Positions 45,300 to 60,500 of a stretch of DNA of 64,000 bases are shown here, in pieces (positions within the stretch are counted from its first letter, which is position 1; every line of letters begins with the position of its first letter). This stretch comes from Eledone cirrhosa (Eukaryota): assembly GCA_964016885.1 (NCBI GenBank), contig OZ024743.1, positions 249,240,001 to 249,304,000 of the forward strand, given 5' to 3'. A program made the translations under genes and the position numbers. Under the pieces are notes generated by a model. It made no database searches and was not told the origin of the DNA. It worked only from the letters and a program-made list of their open reading frames with translations.

Positions 45300-48200
45300 A
45301 CAGTAATGTGTTAACTACATAGACAACAGTAAAGTGTTAACTACATAGACAACATTAATGTGTTAATTACATAGGCAACAGTAATGTATTAACTACATAG
45401 ACAACAGTAATGTGTTAACTACATAGGCAACAGTATTGTGTGAAATACATAGACAACATAATATGTTAACTACATAGGCAACAGTAATGTGTTAACTACA
45501 TAGACAACATAATATGTTAACTACATAGACAATAGTAATGTGTTAACTACATAGACAATAGTAACGTGTTAACTACATAGGCAACAGTAATATGTTAACT
45601 ACATAGGCAACAGTAATGTGTTAACTACATAGGCAACAGTAAAGTGTTAACTACATAGGCAACAGTAAAGTGTTAACTACATAGACAACAGTAATATGTT
45701 AACTACATAGACAACAGTAATGTGTTAACTACATAGACAACAGTAACGTGTTAACTACATAGGCAACAGTAATGTGTTAACTACATAGGCAACAGTAAAG
45801 TGTTGACTACATAGGCAACAGTAATATGTTAACTACATAGACAACAGTAATATGTTACCTACATAGACAACAGTAATGTGTTAAGTACATAGACAACAGT
45901 AATGTGTTAAGTACATAGACAACAGTAATGTGTTAAGTACATAGACAACAGTAATATGTTAACTATATAGACAACAGTAATGTGTTAACTACAGCGGCAA
46001 CAGTAATATGTTAACTACATAGACAACAGTAATGTGTTAACTACATAGGCAACAGTAATATGTTAAGTACATAGACAACTGTAATGTGTTAAATATATAG
46101 ACAACAGTAAAGTGTTAACTACATAGACAACAGTAATGTGTTAACTACATAGACAACAGTAAAGTGTTAACTACATAGACAACAGTAATGTGTTAACTAC
46201 ATAGGCAACAGCAATATGTTAACTACATAGACAACAGTAAAGTGTTAACTACATAGACAACAGTAAAGTGTTAACTACATAGGCAACAGTAAAGTGTTAA
46301 CTACATAGGCAACAGTAAAGTGTTAACTACATAGACAACAGTAATATGTTAGTTAACTACATAGGCAACAGTAATATGTTAACTACATAGACAACAGTAA
46401 TGTGTTAACTACATAGACAACAGTAATGTGTTAACTACATAGGCAACAGTAATGTGTTAACTATATAGGCAACAGTAAAGTGTTGACAACATAGGCAACA
46501 GTAATATGTTAACTACATAGACAACAGTAATATGTTACCTACATAGACAACAGTAATGTGTTAAGTACATAGACAACAGTAATGTGTTAAGTACATAGAC
46601 AACAGTAATGTGTTAACTACATAGACAACAGTAAAGTGTTAACTACATAGACAACATTAATGTGTTAATTACATAGGCAACAGTAATGTGTTAACTACAT
46701 AGACAACAGTAATGTGTTAACTACATAGGCAACAGTATTGTGTGAAATACATAGACAACATAATATGTTAACTACATAGGCAACAGTAATGTGTTAACTA
46801 CATAGACAACATAATATGTTAACTACATAGACAATAGTAATGTGTTAACTACATAGACAATAGTAACGTGTTAACTACATAGACAACAGTAACGTGTTAA
46901 CTACATAGGCAACAGTAATGTGTTAACTACATAGACAACAGTAATATGTTAACTACATAGGCAACAGTAATGTGTTAACTACATAGGCAACAGTAAAGTG
47001 TTAACTACATAGGCAACAGTAAAGTGTTAACTACATAGACAACAGTAATATGTTAACTACATAGACAACAGTAATGTGTTAACTACATAGACAACAGTAA
47101 CGTGTTAACTACATAGGCAACAGTAATGTGTTAACTACATAGGCAACAGTAAAGTGTTGACTACATAGGCAACAGTAATATGTTAACTACATAGACAACA
47201 GTAATATGTTACCTACATAGACAACAGTAATGTGTTAAGTACATAGACAACAGTAATGTGTTAAGTACATAGACAACAGTAATGTGTTAAGTACATAGAC
47301 AACAGTAATATGTTAACTATATAGACAACAGTAATGTGTTAACTACAACGGCAACAGTAATATGTTAACTACATAGACAACAGTAATGTGTTAACTACAT
47401 AGGCAACAGTAATATGTTAAGTACATAGACAACTGTAATGTGTTAACTATATAGACAACAGTAAAATGTTAACTACATAGACAACAGTAATGTGTTAACT
47501 ACATAGACAACAGTAAAGTGTTAACTACATAGACAACAGTAATGTGTTAACTACATAGGCAACAGCAATATGTTAACTACATAGACAACAGTAAAGTGTT
47601 AACTACATAGGCAACAGTAAAGTGTTAACTACATAGGCAACAGTAAAGTGTTAACTACATAGGCAACAGTAAAGTGTTAACTACATAGACAACAGTAATA
47701 TGTTTGTTAACTACATAGGCAACAGTAATATGTTAACTACATAGACAACAGTAATGTGTTAACTACATAGGCAACAGTAATGTGTTAACTATATAGGCAA
47801 CAGTAAAGTGTTGACAACATAGGCAACAGTAATATGTTAACTACATAGACAACAGTAATATGTTACCTACATAGACAACAGTAATGTGTTAAGTACATAG
47901 ACAACAGTAATGTGTTAAGTACATAGACAACAGTAATGTGTTAACTACATAGACAACAGTAAAGTGTTAACTACATAGACAACATTAATGTGTTAATTAC
48001 ATAGGCAACAGTAATGTGTTAACTACATAGACAACAGTAATGTGTTAACTACATAGGCAACAGTATTGTGTGAAATACATAGACAACATAATATGTTAAC
48101 TACATAGGCAACAGTAATGTGTTAACTACATAGACAACATAATATGTTAACTACATAGACAATAGTAATGTGTTAACTACATAGACAATAGTAACGTGTT

Positions 48201-51200
48201 AACTACATAGACAACAGTAACGTGTTAACTACATAGGCAACAGTAATGTGTTAACTACATAGACAACAGTAATATGTTAACTACATAGGCAACAGTAATG
48301 TGTTAACTACATAGGCAACAGTAAAGTGTTAACTACATAGGCAACAGTAAAGTGTTAACTACATAGACAACAGTAATATGTTAATTACATAGACAACAGT
48401 AATGTGTTAACTACATAGACAACAGTAACGTGTTAACTACATAGGCAACAGTAATGTGTTAACTACATAGGCAACAGTAAAGTGTTGACTACATAGGCAA
48501 CAGTAATATGTTAACTACATAGACAACAGTAATATGTTACCTACATAGACAACAGTAATGTGTTAAGTACATAGACAACAGTAATGTGTTAAGTACATAG
48601 ACAACAGTAATGTGTTAAGTACATAGACAACAGTAATATGTTAACTATATAGACAACAGTAATGTGTTAACTACAACGGCAACAGTAATATGTTAACTAC
48701 ATAGACAACAGTAATGTGTTAACTACATAGGCAACAGTAATATGTTAAGTACATAGACAACTGTAATGTGTTAACTATATAGACAACAGTAAAGTGTTAA
48801 CTACATAGACAACAGTAATGTGTTAACTACATAGACAACAGTAAAGTGTTAACTACATAGACAACAGTAATGTGTTAACTACATAGGCAACAGCAATATG
48901 TTAACTACATAGACAACAGTAAAGTGTTAACTACATAGGCAACAGTAAAGTGTTAACTACATAGGCAACAGTAAAGTGTTAACTACATAGGCAACAGTAA
49001 AGTGTTAACTACATAGACAACAGTAATATGTTAGTTAACTACATAGGCAACAGTAATATGTTAACTACATAGACAACAGTAATGTGTTAACTACATAGAC
49101 AACAGTAATGTGTTAACTACATAGGCAACAGTAATGTGTTAACTATATAGGCAACAGTAAAGTGTTGACAACATAGGCAACAGTAATATGTTAACTACAT
49201 TGACAACAGTAATATGTTACCTACATAGACAACAGTAATGTGTTAAGTACATAGACAACAGTAATGGGTTAAGTACATAGACAACAGTAATGTGTTAACT
49301 ACATAGACAACAGTAAAGTGTTAACTACATAGACAACATTAATGTGTTAATTACATAGGCAACAGTAATGTGTTAACTACATAGACAACAGTAATGTGTT
49401 AACTACATAGGCAACAGTATTGTGTGAAATACATAGACAACATAATATGTTAACTACATAGGCAACAGTAATGTGTTAACTACATAGACAACATAATATG
49501 TTAACTACATAGACAATAGTAATGTATTAACTACATAGACAATAGTAACGTGTTAACTACATAGACAACAGTAACGTGTTAACTACATAGGCAACAGTAA
49601 TGTGTTAACTACATAGACAACAGTAATATGTTAACTACATAGGCAACAGTAATGTGTTAACTACATAGGCAACAGTAAAGTGTTAACTACATAGGCAACA
49701 GTAAAGTGTTAACTACATAGACAACAGTAATATGTTAACTACATAGACAACAGTAATGTGTTAACTACATAGACAACAGTAACGTGTTAACTACATAGGC
49801 AACAGTAATGTGTTAACTACATAGGCAACAGTAATGTGTTGACTACATAGGCAACAGTAATATGTTAACTACATAGACAACAGTAATATGTTACCTACAT
49901 AGACAACAGTAATGTGTTAAGTACATAGACAACAGTAATGTGTTAAGTACATAGACAACAGTAATGTGTTAAGTACATAGACAACAGTAATATGTTAACT
50001 ATATAGACAACAGTAATGTGTTAACTACAACGGCAACAGTAATATGTTAACTACATAGACAACAGTAATGTGTTAACTACATAGGCAACAGTAATATGTT
50101 AAGTACATAGACAACTGTAATGTGTTAACTATATAGACAACAGTAAAATGTTAACTACATAGACAACAGTAATGTGTTAACTACATAGACAACAGTAAAG
50201 TGTTAACTACATAGACAACAGTAATGTGTTAACTACATAGGCAACAGCAATATGTTAACTACATAGACAACAGTAAAGTGTTAACTACATAGGCAACAGT
50301 AAAGTGTTAACTACATAGGCAACAGTAAAGTGTTAACTACATAGGCAACAGTAAAGTGTTAACTACATAGACAACAGTAATATGTTTGTTAACTACATAG
50401 GCAACAGTAATATGTTAACTACATAGACAACAGTAATGTGTTAACTACATAGGCAACAGTAATGTGTTAACTATATAGGCAACAGTAAAGTGTTGACAAC
50501 ATAGGCAACAGTAATATGTTAACTACATTGACAACAGTAATATGTTACCTACATAGACAACAGTAATGTGTTAAGTACATAGACAACAGTAATGGGTTAA
50601 GTACATAGACAACAGTAATGTGTTAACTACATAGACAACAGTAAAGTGTTAACTACATAGACAACATTAATGTGTTAATTACATAGGCAACAGTAATGTG
50701 TTAACTACATAGACAACAGTAATGTGTTAACTACATAGGCAACAGTATTGTGTGAAATACATAGACAACATAATATGTTAACTACATAGGCAACAGTAAT
50801 GTGTTAACTACATAGACAACATAATATGTTAACTACATAGACAATAGTAATGTGTTAACTACATAGACAATAGTAACGTGTTAACTACATAGACAACAGT
50901 AACGTGTTAACTACATAGGCAACAGTAATGTGTTAACTACATAGACAACAGTAATATGTTAACTACATAGGCAACAGTAATGTGTTAACTACATAGGCAA
51001 CAGTAAAGTGTTAACTACATAGGCAACAGTAAAGTGTTAACTACATAGACAACAGTAATATGTTAACTACATAGACAACAGTAATGTGTTAACTACATAG
51101 ACAACAGTAACGTGTTAACTACATAGGCAACAGTAATGTGTTAACTACATAGGCAACAGTAAAGTGTTGACTACATAGGCAACAGTAATATGTTACCTAC

Positions 51201-54200
51201 ATAGACAACAGTAATGTGTTAAGTACATAGACAACAGTAATGTGTTAAGTACATAGACAACAGTAATGTGTTAAGTACATAGACAACAGTAATATGTTAA
51301 CTATATAGACAACAGTAATGTGTTAACTACAACGGCAACAGTAATATGTTAACTATATAGACAACAGTAATGTGTTAACTACATAGACAACAGTAATATG
51401 TTAAGTACATAGACAACTGTAATGTGTTAACTATATAGACAACAGTAAAATGTTAACTACATAGACAACAGTAATGTGTTAACTACATAGACAACAGTAA
51501 AGTGTTAACTACATAGACAACAGTAATGTGTTAACTACATAGGCAACAGCAATATGTTAACTACATAGACAACAGTAAAGTGTTAACTACATAGGCAACA
51601 GTAAAGTGTTAACTACATAGGCAACAGTAAAGTGTTAACTACATAGGCAACAGTAAAGTGTTAACTACATAGACAACAGTAATATGTTTGTTAACTACAT
51701 AGGCAACAGTAATATGTTAACTACATAGACAACAGTAATGTGTTAACTACATAGGCAACAGTAATGTGTTAACTATATAGGCAACAGTAAAGTGTTGACA
51801 ACATAGGCAACAGTAATATGTTAACTACATAGACAACAGTAATATGTTACCTACATAGACAACAGTAATGTGTTAAGTACATAGACAACAGTAATGTGTT
51901 AAGTACATAGACAACAGTAATGTGTTAACTACATAGACAACAGTAAAGTGTTAACTACATAGACAACATTAATGTGTTAATTACATAGGCAACAGTAATG
52001 TGTTAACTACATAGACAACAGTAATGTGTTAACTACATAGGCAACAGTATTGTGTGAAATACATAGACAACATAATATGTTAACTACATAGGCAACAGTA
52101 ATGTGTTAACTACATAGACTACATAATATGTTAACTACATAGACAATAGTAATGTGTTAACTACATAGACAATAGTAACGTGTTAACTACATAGACAACA
52201 GTAACGTGTTAACTACATAGGCAACAGTAATGTGTTAACTACATAGACAACAGTAATATGTTAACTACATAGGCAACAGTAATGTGTTAACTACATAGGC
52301 AACAGTAAAGTGTTAACTACATAGGCAACAGTAAAGTGTTAACTACATAGGCAACAGTAATATGTTAACTACATAGACAACAGTAATATGTTACCTACAT
52401 AGACAACAGTAATGTGTTAAGTACATAGACAACAGTAATGTGTTAAGTACATAGACAACAGTAATGTGTTAAGTACATAGACAACAGTAATATGTTAACT
52501 ATATAGACAACAGTAATGTGTTAACTACAACGGCAACAGTAATATGTTAACTACATAGACAACAGTAATGTGTTAACTACATAGGCAACAGTAATATGTT
52601 AAGTACATAGACAACTGTAATGTGTTAACTATATAGACAACAGTAAAGTGTTAACTACATAGACAACAGTAATGTGTTAACTACATAGACAACAGTAAAG
52701 TGTTAACTACATAGACAACAGTAATGTGTTAACTACATAGGCAACAGCAATATGTTAACTACATAGACAACAGTAAAGTGTTAACTACATAGGCAACAGT
52801 AAAGTGTTAACTACATAGGCAACAGTAAAGTGTTAACTACATAGGCAACAGTAAAGTGTTAACTACATAGACAACAGTAATATGTTAGTTAACTACATAG
52901 GCAACAGTAATATGTTAACTACATAGACAACAGTAATGTGTTAACTACATAGACAACAGTTATGTGTTAACTACATAGGCAACAGTAATGTGTTAACTAT
53001 ATAGGCAACAGTAAAGTGTTGACAACATAGGCAACAGTAATATGTTAACTACATAGACAACAGTAATATGTTACCTACATAGACAACAGTAATGTGTTAA
53101 GTACATAGACAACAGTAATGTGTTAAGTACATAGCCAACAGTAATGTGTTAACTACATAGACAACAGTAAAGTGTTAACTACATAGACAACATTAATGTG
53201 TTAATTACATAGGCAACAGTAATGTGTTAACTACATAGACAACAGTAATGTGTTAACTACATAGGCAACAGTATTGTGTGAAATACATAGACAACATAAT
53301 ATGTTAACTACATAGACAATAGTAATGTGTTAACTACATAGACAATAGTAACGTGTTAACTACATAGACAACAGTAACGTGTTAACTACATAGGCAACAG
53401 TAATGTGTTAACTACATAGACAACAGTAATATGTTAACTACATAGGCAACAGTAATGTGTTAACTACATAGGCAACAGTAAAGTGTTAACTACATAGACA
53501 ACAGTAATATGTTAACTACATAGACAACAGTAATGTGTTAACTACATAGACAACAGTAACGTGTTAACTACATAGGCAACAGTAATGTGTTAACTACATA
53601 GGCAACAGTAAAGTGTTGACTACATAGGCAACAGTAATATGTTAACTACATAGACAACAGTAATATGTTACCTACATAGACAACAGTAATGTGTTAAGTA
53701 CATAGACAACAGTAATGTGTTAAGTACATAGACAACAGTAATGTGTTAAGTACATAGACAACAGTAATATGTTAACTATATAGACAACAGTAATGTGTTA
53801 ACTACAACGGCAACAGTAATATGTTAACTACATAGACAACAGTAATGTGTTAACTACATAGGCAACAGTAATATGTTAAGTACATAGACAACTGTAATGT
53901 GTTAACTATATAGACAACAGTAAAATGTTAACTACATAGACAACAGTAATGTGTTAACTACATAGACAACAGTAAAGTGTTAACTACATAGACAACAGTA
54001 ATGTGTTAACTACATAGGCAACAGCAATATGTTAACTACATAGACAACAGTAAAGTGTTAACTACATAGGCAACAGTAAAGTGTTAACTACATAGGCAAC
54101 AGTAAAGTGTTAACTACATAGGCAACAGTAAAGTGTTAACTACATAGACAACAGTAATATGTTAGTTAACTACATAGGCAACAGTAATATGTTAACTACA

Positions 54201-54580
54201 TAGACAACAGTAATGTGTTAACTACATAGGCAACAGTAATGTGTTAACTATATAGGCAACAGTAAAGTGTTGACAACATAGGCAACAGTAATATGTTAAC
54301 TACATAGACAACAGTAATATGTTACCTACATAGACAACAGTAATGTGTTAAGTACATAGACAACAGTAATGTGTTAAGTACATAGACAACAGTAATGTGT
54401 TAACTACATAGACAACAGTAAAGTGTTAACTACATAGACAACATTAATGTGTTAATTACATAGGCAACAGTAATGTGTTAACTACATAGACAACAGTAAT
54501 GTGTTAACTACATAGGCAACAGTATTGTGTGAAATACATAGACAACATAATATGTTAACTACATAGGCAACAGTAATGTG
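45300..54580. repeat. Higher-order repeat domain: about 7 tandem units of 47-52 monomers (1224-1354 bp)
   Basis: TGTTGACAAC occurs at 46481, 47809, 49163, 50491, 51793, 53017 and 54268 (spacings 1328, 1354, 1328, 1302, 1224, 1251). Each unit has one +4 monomer (GTTAGTTAAC or GTTTGTTAAC), a CAACGG-type monomer, a CAGCAAT monomer and a GTATTGTGTGAAAT monomer. Confidence 0.93.
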
Positions 54581-57500
54581 TTAACTACATAGACAACAGT
54601 AATGTGTTAAGTACATAGACAACAGTAATATGTTAACTATATAGACAAGAGTAATGTGTTAACTACAAAGGCAACAGTAATATGTTAACTACATAGACAA
54701 CAGTAATGTGTTAACTATAATAGGCAGCAGTAATATGTTAACTACGTAGACAACAGTAATGTGTTAACTACATAGGCATCAGTAATATGTTAACTACATA
54801 GACAACAGTAATGTGTTAACTATGTAGGCAACAGTAATATGTTAACTACATAGACAACAGTAATATGTTAACTATATAGGCAACAGTAATATGTTAAATA
54901 CATAGACAACTGTAATGTGTTAACTACATAGACAACAGTAATGTGTTAACTACATAGGCAACAGTAATATGTTAAATACATAGACAACTGTAATGTGTTA
55001 ACTATATAGACAACAGTAAAGTGTTAACTACATAGACAACAGTAAAGTGTTAACTACATAGACAACAGTAATGTGTTAACTACATAGACAACAGTAAAGT
55101 GTTAACGACATAGACAACAGTAATGTGTTAACTACATAGGCAACAGTAATGTGATGTCTATATAGGCATAAGTAATGTGTTAACTACATAGACAACAGTA
55201 ACATGTTAACTACATAGGCAACAGTAATGTGTTAACTACATAGGCAACAGTAAAGTGTTAACTACATAGGAAACAGTAATGTGTTAACTACATAGGCAAC
55301 AGTAATGTGTTATCTACATAGGCTACAGTAATGTGTTAACTACATAGGCAACAGTAATGTTTTAACAACATAGGCAACAGTAATGTGTTAACTACATAGA
55401 CAATAGTAATGTGTTAACTACATAGGCAACAGTAAAGTGTTAACTACATAGACAACAGTAAAGTGTTAACTACATAGACAATAGTAATGTGTTAACTACA
55501 TAGGCAACAGTAATGTGTTAACTACATAGACAACAGTAATGTGTTAACTACATAGGAAACAGTAATGTGTTAACTACATTGGCAACAGTAAAGTGTTAAC
55601 TACAGAGACAACAGTAAAGTGTTAACTACATAGACAACAGTAATGTGTTAAATACATAGGCAACAGTAATGTGTTAACTACATAGGCAACAGTAATATGT
55701 AAAATACATAGACAACAGTAATATGTTACCTACATAGACAACAGTAATGTGTTAACTACATAGACAACAGTAATGTGTTAAGTACAGAGACAACAGTAAT
55801 GTGTTAAGTACATAGACAACAGTAATATGTTAACTATATAGACAACAGTAATGTGTTAACTACAAAGGCAACAGTAATATGTTAACTACATAGACAACAG
55901 TAATGTGTTAACTACATAGGCAACAGTAATATGTTAACTACATAGACAACAGTAATATGTTAACTACATAGGCAACAATAATGTGTTAACTATATGGACA
56001 ACAGTAATGTGTTAACTACATAGACAACAGTAATGTGTTAACTACATAGGCAACAGTAATATGTTAAATACATGGACAACTGTAATGTGTTAACTACATA
56101 GACAACAGTAATGTGTTAACTACATAGACAACAGTAAAGTGTTAACGACATAGACAAGAGTATTGTGTGAAATACATAGACAACATAATATGTTAACTAC
56201 ATAGGCAACAGTAATGTGTTAACTACATAGACAACATAATATGTTAACTACATAGACAATAGTAATGTGTTAACTACATAGACAATAGTAACGTGTTAAC
56301 TACTTAGGCAACAGTAATGTGTTAACTACATAGGCAACAGTAATGTGTTAACTACATAGGCAACAGTAAAGTGTTGACTACATAGGCAACAGTAATATAT
56401 TAACTACATAGACATCAGTAATATGTTACCTACATAGACAACAGTAATGTGTTAAGTACAGAGACAACAGTAATGTGTTAAGTACATAGACAACAGTAAT
56501 ATGTTAACTATATAGACAACAGTAATGTGTTAACTACAAAGGCAACAGTAATATGTTAACTACATAGACAACAGTAATGTGTTAACTACATAGGCAACAG
56601 TAATATGTTAACTACATAGACAACAGTAATATGTTATCTACATAGGCAACAATAATGTGTTAACTATATGGACAACAGTAATGTGTTAACTACATAGACA
56701 ACAGTAATGTGTAAACTACATAGACAACAGTAATATGTTAAATACATAGACAACTGTAATGTGTTAACTATATAGACAACAGTAAAGTGTTAACTACATA
56801 GACAACAGTAAAGTGTTAACTACATAGACAACAGTAATGTGTTAACTACATAGACAACAGTAAAGTGTTAACGACATAGACAACAGTAATGTGTTAACTA
56901 TATAGGCAACAGTGATATGTTAACTACATAGACAACAGTAATGTGTTAACTACATAGACAACTGTAATATGTTAACTACATACACAACAGTAATATGTTA
57001 ACTACATAGACAACAGTAATATGTTAACTACATCGGCAACAGTAATGTGATGTCTATATAGGCATAAGTAATGTGTTAACTACATAGACAACAGTAACAT
57101 GTTAACTACATAGGCAACAGTAATGTGTTAACTACATAGGCAACAGTCAAGTGTTAACTACATAGGAAACAGTAATGTGTTAACTACATAGGCAACAGTA
57201 ATGTGTTATCTACGTAGGCTACAGTAATGTGTTAACTACATAGGCAACAGTAATGTGTTAACTACATAGACAATAGTGATGTGTTAACTACATAGGCAAC
57301 AGTAAATGTTAACTACATAGACAACAGTAAAGTGTTAACTACATAGACAATAGTAATGTGTTAACTACATAGGCAACAGTAATGTGTTAACTACATAGAC
57401 AACAGTAATGTGTTAACTACATAGGAAACGGTAATGTGTTAAATACATTGGCAACAGTAAAGTGTTAACTACAGAGACAACAGTAAAGTGTTAACTACAT

Positions 57501-60500
57501 AGACAACAGTAATGTGTTAAATACATAGGCAACGGTAATGTGTTAACTACATAGGCAACAGTAATGTGTTAACTACATAGGCAACAGTAATGTGTTAACT
57601 ACATAGACAACAGTAATGTGTTAACTACATAGACAACAGTAATGTGTTAACTACATAGGCAACAGTAATGTGTTAACTACATAGGCAACAGTAAAGTGTT
57701 GACTACATAGGCAACAGTAATATGTTAACTACATAGACAACAGTAATTTGTTACCTACATAGACAACAGCAATCTGTTAAGTACATAGACAACAGTAATG
57801 TGTTAAGTACAGAGACAACAGTAATGTGTTAAGTACATAAACAGTAATATGTTAACTATATAGACAACAGTAATGTGTTAACTACAAAGGCAACAGTAAT
57901 ATGTTAACTACATAGACAACAGTAATGTGTTAACTACATAGGCAACAGTAATATGTTAACTACATAGACAACAGTAATATGTTAACTACATAGGCAACAA
58001 TAATGTGTTAACTATATGGACAACAGTAATGTGTTAACTACATAGGCAACAGTAATATGTTAAATACATAGACAACTGTAATGTGTTAACTACATAGACA
58101 ACAGTAAAGTGTTAACGACATAGACAACAGTAATGTGTTAACTATATAGGCAACAGTGATATGTTAACTACATAGGCAACAGTAATATGTTACCTACATA
58201 GACAACAGTAATGTGTTAAGTACATGGACAACAGTAATGTGTTAAGTACATAGACAACAGTAATATGTTAACTATATAGACAACAGTAATGTGTTAACTA
58301 CAAAGGCAACAGTAATATGTTAACTACAAAGACAACAGTAATGTGTTAACTACATAGGCAACAGTAATATGTTAAGTACATAGACAACTGTAATGTGTTG
58401 ACTACATAGACAACAGTAAAGTGTTAACTACATAGACAACAGTAATGTGTTAACTACATAGACAACAGTAAAGTGTTAACTACATAGACAACAGTAATGT
58501 GTTAACTACATAGGCAACAGTAATATGTTAACTACATAGACAACAGTAAAGTGTTAACTACATAGGCAACAGTAAAGTGTTAACTACATAGGCAACAGTA
58601 AAGTGTTAACTACATAGGCAACAGTAAAGTGTTAACTACATAGACAACAGTAATATGTTAACTACATAGGCAACAGTAATATGTTAACTACATAGACAAC
58701 AGTAATGTGTTAACTACATAGGCAACAGTAATGTGTTAACTACATAGGCAACAGTAATGTGTTAACTACATAGGCAACAGTAAAGTGTTGACTACATAGG
58801 CAACAGTAATATGTTAACTACATAGACAACAGTAATATGTTACCTACATAGACAACAGTAATGTGTTAAGTACATAGACAACAGTAATGTGTTAAGTACA
58901 TAGACAACAGTAATATGTTAACTATATAGACAAGAGTAATGTGTTAACTACATAGGCAACAGTAATATGATAACTACGTAGACAATAGTAATGTTTTAAC
59001 TATATAGACAACAGTAATGTGTTATCTACATAGACAACTGTAATGTGTTAACTACATAGACAACAGTAATGTGTTAACTACATAGGCAACAGTAATATGT
59101 TAAATACATAGACAACTGTAATGTGTTAACTACATAGACAACAGTAAAGTGTTAACTACATAGACAACAGTAAAGTTTTAACTACATAGACAACAGTAAT
59201 GTGTTAACTACATAGACAACAGTAAAGTGTTAACGACATAGACAACAGTAATGTGTTAACTATATAGGCAACAGTGATATGTTAACTACATAGGCAACAG
59301 TGATATGTTAACTACATAGACAACTGTAATGTGTTAACTACATAGACAACTGTAATATGTTAACTACATACACAACAGTAATATGTTAACTACATAGACA
59401 ACAGTAATATGTTAACTACATAGGCAACAGTAATGTGATGTCTATATAGGCATAAGTAATGTGTTAACTACATAGACAACAGTAATATGTTAACTACATA
59501 GGCAACAGTAATGTGTTAACTACATAGGCAACAGTAAAGTGTTAACTACATAGGAAACAGTAATGTGTTAACTACATAGGCAACAGTAATGTGTTATCTA
59601 CATAGGCTACAGTAATGTGTTAACTACATAGGCAACAGTAATGTGTTAACTACATAGACAATAGTAATGTGTTAACTACATAGACAACAGTAATGTGTTA
59701 ACTACATAGGCAACAGTAATGTGTTAACTACATAGACAACAGTAATGTGTTAATTACCTGGGTAACAGTAATGTGTTAACTACATAGACAACAGTAATGT
59801 GTTAACTACATAGGCAACAGTATTGTGTGAAATACATAGACAACATAATATGTTAACTACATAGGCAACAGTAATGTGTTAACTACATAGACAACATAAT
59901 ATGTTAACTACATAGACAATAGTAATGTGTTAACTACATAGACAATAGTAACGCGTTAACTATATAGACAACAGTAACGTGTTAACTACATAGGCAACAG
60001 TAATGTGTTAACTACATAGACAACAGTAATATGTTAACTACATAGGCAACAGTAATGTGTTAACTACATAGCCAACAGTAAAGTGTTAACTACATAGGCA
60101 ACAGTAAAGTGTTAACTACATAGACAACAGTAATATGTTAACTACATAGGCAACAGTAATATGTTAACTACATAGACAACAGTAATGTGTTAACTACATA
60201 GACAACAGTAATTTGTTAACTACATAGGCAACAGTAATGTGTTAACTACATAGGCAACAGTAAAGTGTTGACTACATAGGCAACAGTAATATGTTAACTA
60301 CATAGACAACAGTAATATGTTTCCTACATAGACAACAGTAATGTGTTAAGTACATAGACAACAGTAATGTGTTAAGTACATAGACAACAGTAATATGTTA
60401 AGTTCATAGACAACAGTAATATGTTAACTATATAGACAACAGTAATGTGTTAACTACAAAGGCAACAGTAATATGTTAACTACATAGACAACAGTAATGT

